Position numbers and translations under genes: made by a program. A stretch of DNA of 5,415 bases from contig CAYXWT010000014.1 of the NCBI GenBank assembly GCA_964468895.1, positions 9,598 through 15,012 on the forward strand, written 5' to 3'. The notes below the pieces were generated by a model. It saw only the letters and a list, made by a program, of their open reading frames with translations, ran no database searches and was not told where the DNA came from. Positions 5,408-5,415 of this stretch are shown in pieces (position 1 is the first letter of the stretch; every line of letters begins with the position of its first letter). This stretch comes from an uncultured archaeon (GTDB lineage Archaea; Iainarchaeota; Iainarchaeia; Iainarchaeales; CSSED10-239).

Positions 5408-5415
5408 AAGAAAAC

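Noticed and set aside
4400-5415. A complete restriction-modification or other defence system around the methyltransferase.
   Set aside because: No second protein-sized ORF exists on either strand between EF-2 and the window end. Any partner gene would have to lie beyond 5415, so a system cannot be claimed from this window.

Overview
This very AT-rich window has all its genes on the + strand. It holds the core of an archaeal-type 'str-like' translation operon: ribosomal protein L30e (305-829), S12 (885-1310), S7 (1357-1956) and elongation factor aEF-2 (2059-4260). L30e carries a long Lys/Glu-rich C-terminal tail. A small beta-class N4/N6 DNA-methyltransferase-like gene with an SPPY motif follows at 4400-5110. 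After it comes about 265 nt with no ORF. The window ends with a strongly Shine-Dalgarno-led mini-ORF that is cut short just after an A11 homopolymer. The archaeal assignment rests on three things: the L30e/S12/S7/EF-2 sequence types, the EF-2 diphthamide motif HEDAIHRG, and GGTGAT/AAGGAGGT ribosome-binding sites that match the archaeal 16S 3' end. A small-genome, DPANN-like host is only an inference from the AT-richness and the fragmented operon. S12, S7 and EF-2 each end in a hairpin that contains or abuts the stop codon and runs into an oligo-T tract. I see no tRNA, rRNA, CRISPR array or mobile element, and no convincing multi-gene novel system. The most unusual items are: (1) the orphan-looking methyltransferase with a degenerate SAM motif I, sitting where aEF-1alpha/S10 normally follow EF-2; (2) the L30e tail together with the missing nusA; (3) the recurrent stop-codon hairpins; and (4) the A11-interrupted ORF at the 3' edge. 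Most of the window is ordinary housekeeping sequence.
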